From Candidatus Sericytochromatia bacterium (lineage in GTDB: Bacteria; Cyanobacteriota; Sericytochromatia; S15B-MN24; UBA4093): DNA of 49,916 nucleotides. Both the position numbers and the translations under genes were made by a program. Under the pieces are notes generated by a model. The model ran no database searches and was not told the DNA's origin. It saw nothing but the letters and a program-made list of their open reading frames with translations. The stretch covers positions 1-49,916 of the forward strand of contig JAKFCT010000100.1 of assembly GCA_036676495.1 (NCBI GenBank), read 5' to 3'. Positions 48,240 through 49,916 of this stretch are shown one piece after another. How positions within the stretch are numbered: the stretch's first letter is position 1; every line of letters starts with the position of its first letter.

Positions 48240-49547
48240 GTTCGAGCTTGCCGCTCGAGCAGGTTTCGTCTCGGAAGGATCGACGTGCCGCAAACCATCA
48301 CGGTGGAGCTCTTCGCTCCGACGCTCGCCAAGCAGGAGACCTTCCGCCAGATGCAGGCGGAATTCAATCGGCTGGCCAATGAGCTGGCGGACGCCTCCTT
48401 GGGCGCCCTGAGCGATCAGGCCTCCGAGATGCTGGAGTGGATGGTGCCGACCGCCTGGCATGGCTCCCTGTACCGGATGGTGCAAGGCCGCCTGAAGACC
48501 ATGGCCATCCGGGGCGAAGGCGCCCGCTTGGCGCGCTTCAAGTCGCACCACCCGGTGGTCTTCGATCCGGCTGCCTGGCAACTGAGCGCGGTCGACGGCA
48601 CCTGGAAGCTCACGATCCCGGTCTTCGGACGGACCGTCTCGGTGCCGATCCTGGTGCCGCCCAGCCAACTGAGCCGTTTGAGCCGCATGCTGGAGGCGGG
48701 GACGCCGCTCGAGGGGCGCCTCTACCAAAAGAAAGGCCGCTGGTACTTTGCGGCCACCTACCTCAACCGTGCCGGAAAGGCCGATGGCAGCCGCCACTGG
48801 GCGTCCTACCGCCCGGTCGGGGTGGATCTCGGGCAACGCATGCTGGCCGTCGCAGTCGACCCCGTGCGCAATCGCCGGATGTTCCTCTCCGGCAAGGAAT
48901 CCCTTTACCATCGCAAGCGCTACGAGCGGATCCTCAAGCGCCTGCGCAAGGCCGGGACCCCGGCTGCACGTCGTGCGGCCAAGCAGGTCGAGGCCAAGTA
49001 TGCACGTTTCCTCGAACACCGCGATCGCCGCGTGGCCAATGCCATCGTCCGGTTCGCGTTGCCGCCCTCCGGGGCTTTGGCCGGCATGCCGCTAACCGCG
49101 CGGCTGGCCAGGCGCGTGGTGATCAAGTTCGAGGACTTCCAAACGGCTCCGTCCACCGCGGAGGTCGCCTCCTACCGTCGCATTCAAGGCCTGGTGGCCC
49201 GTCGAGCAGAGCTCGCGGGTCTCCCGGTCGTGGCGGTCAGTCGGCATGAGACCTCCCAGCGGTGCGCGCAGTGCGGAGTCGTTCAAGAGGGCAATCGCAA
49301 GGGCGGGCGTTATGCCTGCGCTTGCGGCTATCGGTCGCACGCCGATCTCAACGCGGCGCGCAACCTCGCCCAAACGGCGATCCAGTCCGAAGGGATTGGG
49401 ATCGTGCCTGCCGGGTATGAGCCCGGCAGCCAGGCCGTCGGCACGGCTGTATCTCAAGCGGTCCATTGGCTCAAGGGAACATCGGACCACCTGAGAAGCG
49501 CTTTGGCGCATGCCACCCCGCAAATTCCTCCATCCCTTGCAGTTCAA
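48237..49547 (+). mobile_element. Putative non-autonomous IS200/IS605 (IS1341-like, tnpB-only) element or domesticated remnant; boundaries inferred
   Basis: TTTAA then a hairpin at the left; tnpB; structured 3-prime region ending GTTCAA; no tnpA. Confidence 0.45.
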
Positions 49548-49916
49548 ACGCAACTCACACATATGGAGGTAATTCAAATGGCTAGCATCGTTAAGGATCT
49601 CACCGACACCAGCACGAAGTTCGTGACCGGGAGCCTCGACAACCTCAAGACCTACGTGGACCGGACCAGCGACGAGCTGGGCAAGGTCGACGTGGTCGGC
49701 GTGACCCGCCGGGTGCTCGACACCGCCATCGACAACACCAAAGCGGTGGTGAAGATGGCCGCCGAGCCCAACGGCCTCGACTTCTTCGGCAAGGCCAAGG
49801 CCGTCGCCGATGGCTCGCTCGAGGCCGCCAAGGAGGTTGTGAATACCATTTCGGAAGAGGGTAAGAAGACCGATTTCTTCGGGATGGCGACCCGCATGAC
49901 GATGGATTCGCTCTCG
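48285..49916 (+). CDS. tnpB: TnpB-family RNA-guided nuclease fused in frame to a helical repeat protein (at least 544 codons, open at the window end)
   Basis: Manual translation from GTG 48285 (AAGGA RBS): VGVDLG (D181), IKFED (E283), TSQRCAQC...CAC, HADLNAARNL (D354); no stop codon to 49916. Confidence 0.88.
   Translation, partial: MPQTITVELFAPTLAKQETFRQMQAEFNRLANELADASLGALSDQASEMLEWMVPTAWHGSLYRMVQGRLKTMAIRGEGARLARFKSHHPVVFDPAAWQLSAVDGTWKLTIPVFGRTVSVPILVPPSQLSRLSRMLEAGTPLEGRLYQKKGRWYFAATYLNRAGKADGSRHWASYRPVGVDLGQRMLAVAVDPVRNRRMFLSGKESLYHRKRYERILKRLRKAGTPAARRAAKQVEAKYARFLEHRDRRVANAIVRFALPPSGALAGMPLTARLARRVVIKFEDFQTAPSTAEVASYRRIQGLVARRAELAGLPVVAVSRHETSQRCAQCGVVQEGNRKGGRYACACGYRSHADLNAARNLAQTAIQSEGIGIVPAGYEPGSQAVGTAVSQAVHWLKGTSDHLRSALAHATPQIPPSLAVQTQLTHMEVIQMASIVKDLTDTSTKFVTGSLDNLKTYVDRTSDELGKVDVVGVTRRVLDTAIDNTKAVVKMAAEPNGLDFFGKAKAVADGSLEAAKEVVNTISEEGKKTDFFGMATRMTMDSLS
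49390..49567 (+). ncRNA. Candidate omegaRNA-like scaffold plus guide
   Basis: Closing stem AAGGGAT/ATCCCTT encloses several hairpins; followed by GTTCAA; lies at the 3-prime end of the tnpB domain. Confidence 0.4.
49578..49916 (+). CDS. Amphipathic 30-31-aa helical repeat protein (phasin/apolipoprotein-like), partial; internal start in the tnpB frame
   Basis: GGAGGT RBS 7 nt before ATG; strong codon bias resumes; repeats begin DLTD, DVVG, DFFG, DFFG. Confidence 0.75.
   Translation, partial: MASIVKDLTDTSTKFVTGSLDNLKTYVDRTSDELGKVDVVGVTRRVLDTAIDNTKAVVKMAAEPNGLDFFGKAKAVADGSLEAAKEVVNTISEEGKKTDFFGMATRMTMDSLS

Noticed and set aside
48222-49897. ORF-track entries over the tnpB region (48222..49019-, 48437..49249+, 48748..49095+, 49092..49577-, 49246..49494+, 49652..49897-)
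   Set aside because: Shadow frames; the motif-bearing frame starts at 48285 and was omitted because it has no stop in the window.
48285-49916. Cas12f CRISPR system or nuclease-dead TldR
   Set aside because: No repeat-spacer array or cas genes in the window, and all three RuvC acidic residues are present. Sequence beyond the right edge is not visible.

Overview
High-GC (about two-thirds G+C by eye) chromosomal segment from a diderm bacterium. The Ig-fold lipoproteins and orphan beta-barrels tentatively suggest a Sericytochromatia-like lineage; this is unverified. Most content is housekeeping or envelope: an HD hydrolase, an operon of three Ig-fold lipoproteins, an AmpD-like amidase, an acyl-CoA carboxylase beta subunit with a small epsilon-like subunit, GldA/F/G-like and YadGH-like ABC systems, a STAND adenylate cyclase, two paralogous beta-barrels, a radical SAM protein, a barrel-cupredoxin fusion, NDH-2, a flavin disulfide reductase, serC and an HTH-MBL fusion. 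There is also a peptidoglycan-recycling cluster: a stand-alone MshEN protein, nagZ, a sugar ABC transporter and an anmK-murQ fusion. The most striking feature is missing from the ORF track because it runs off the window end. It is a solo TnpB (IS200/IS605 RNA-guided nuclease family) starting at 48285 with an intact D-E-D RuvC triad and no stop codon. It reads in frame through an omegaRNA-like structured region into a second gene (own RBS, ATG 49578) that encodes a 30-31-aa amphipathic helical repeat protein. All calls come from motif recognition and manual translation; no searches were run.
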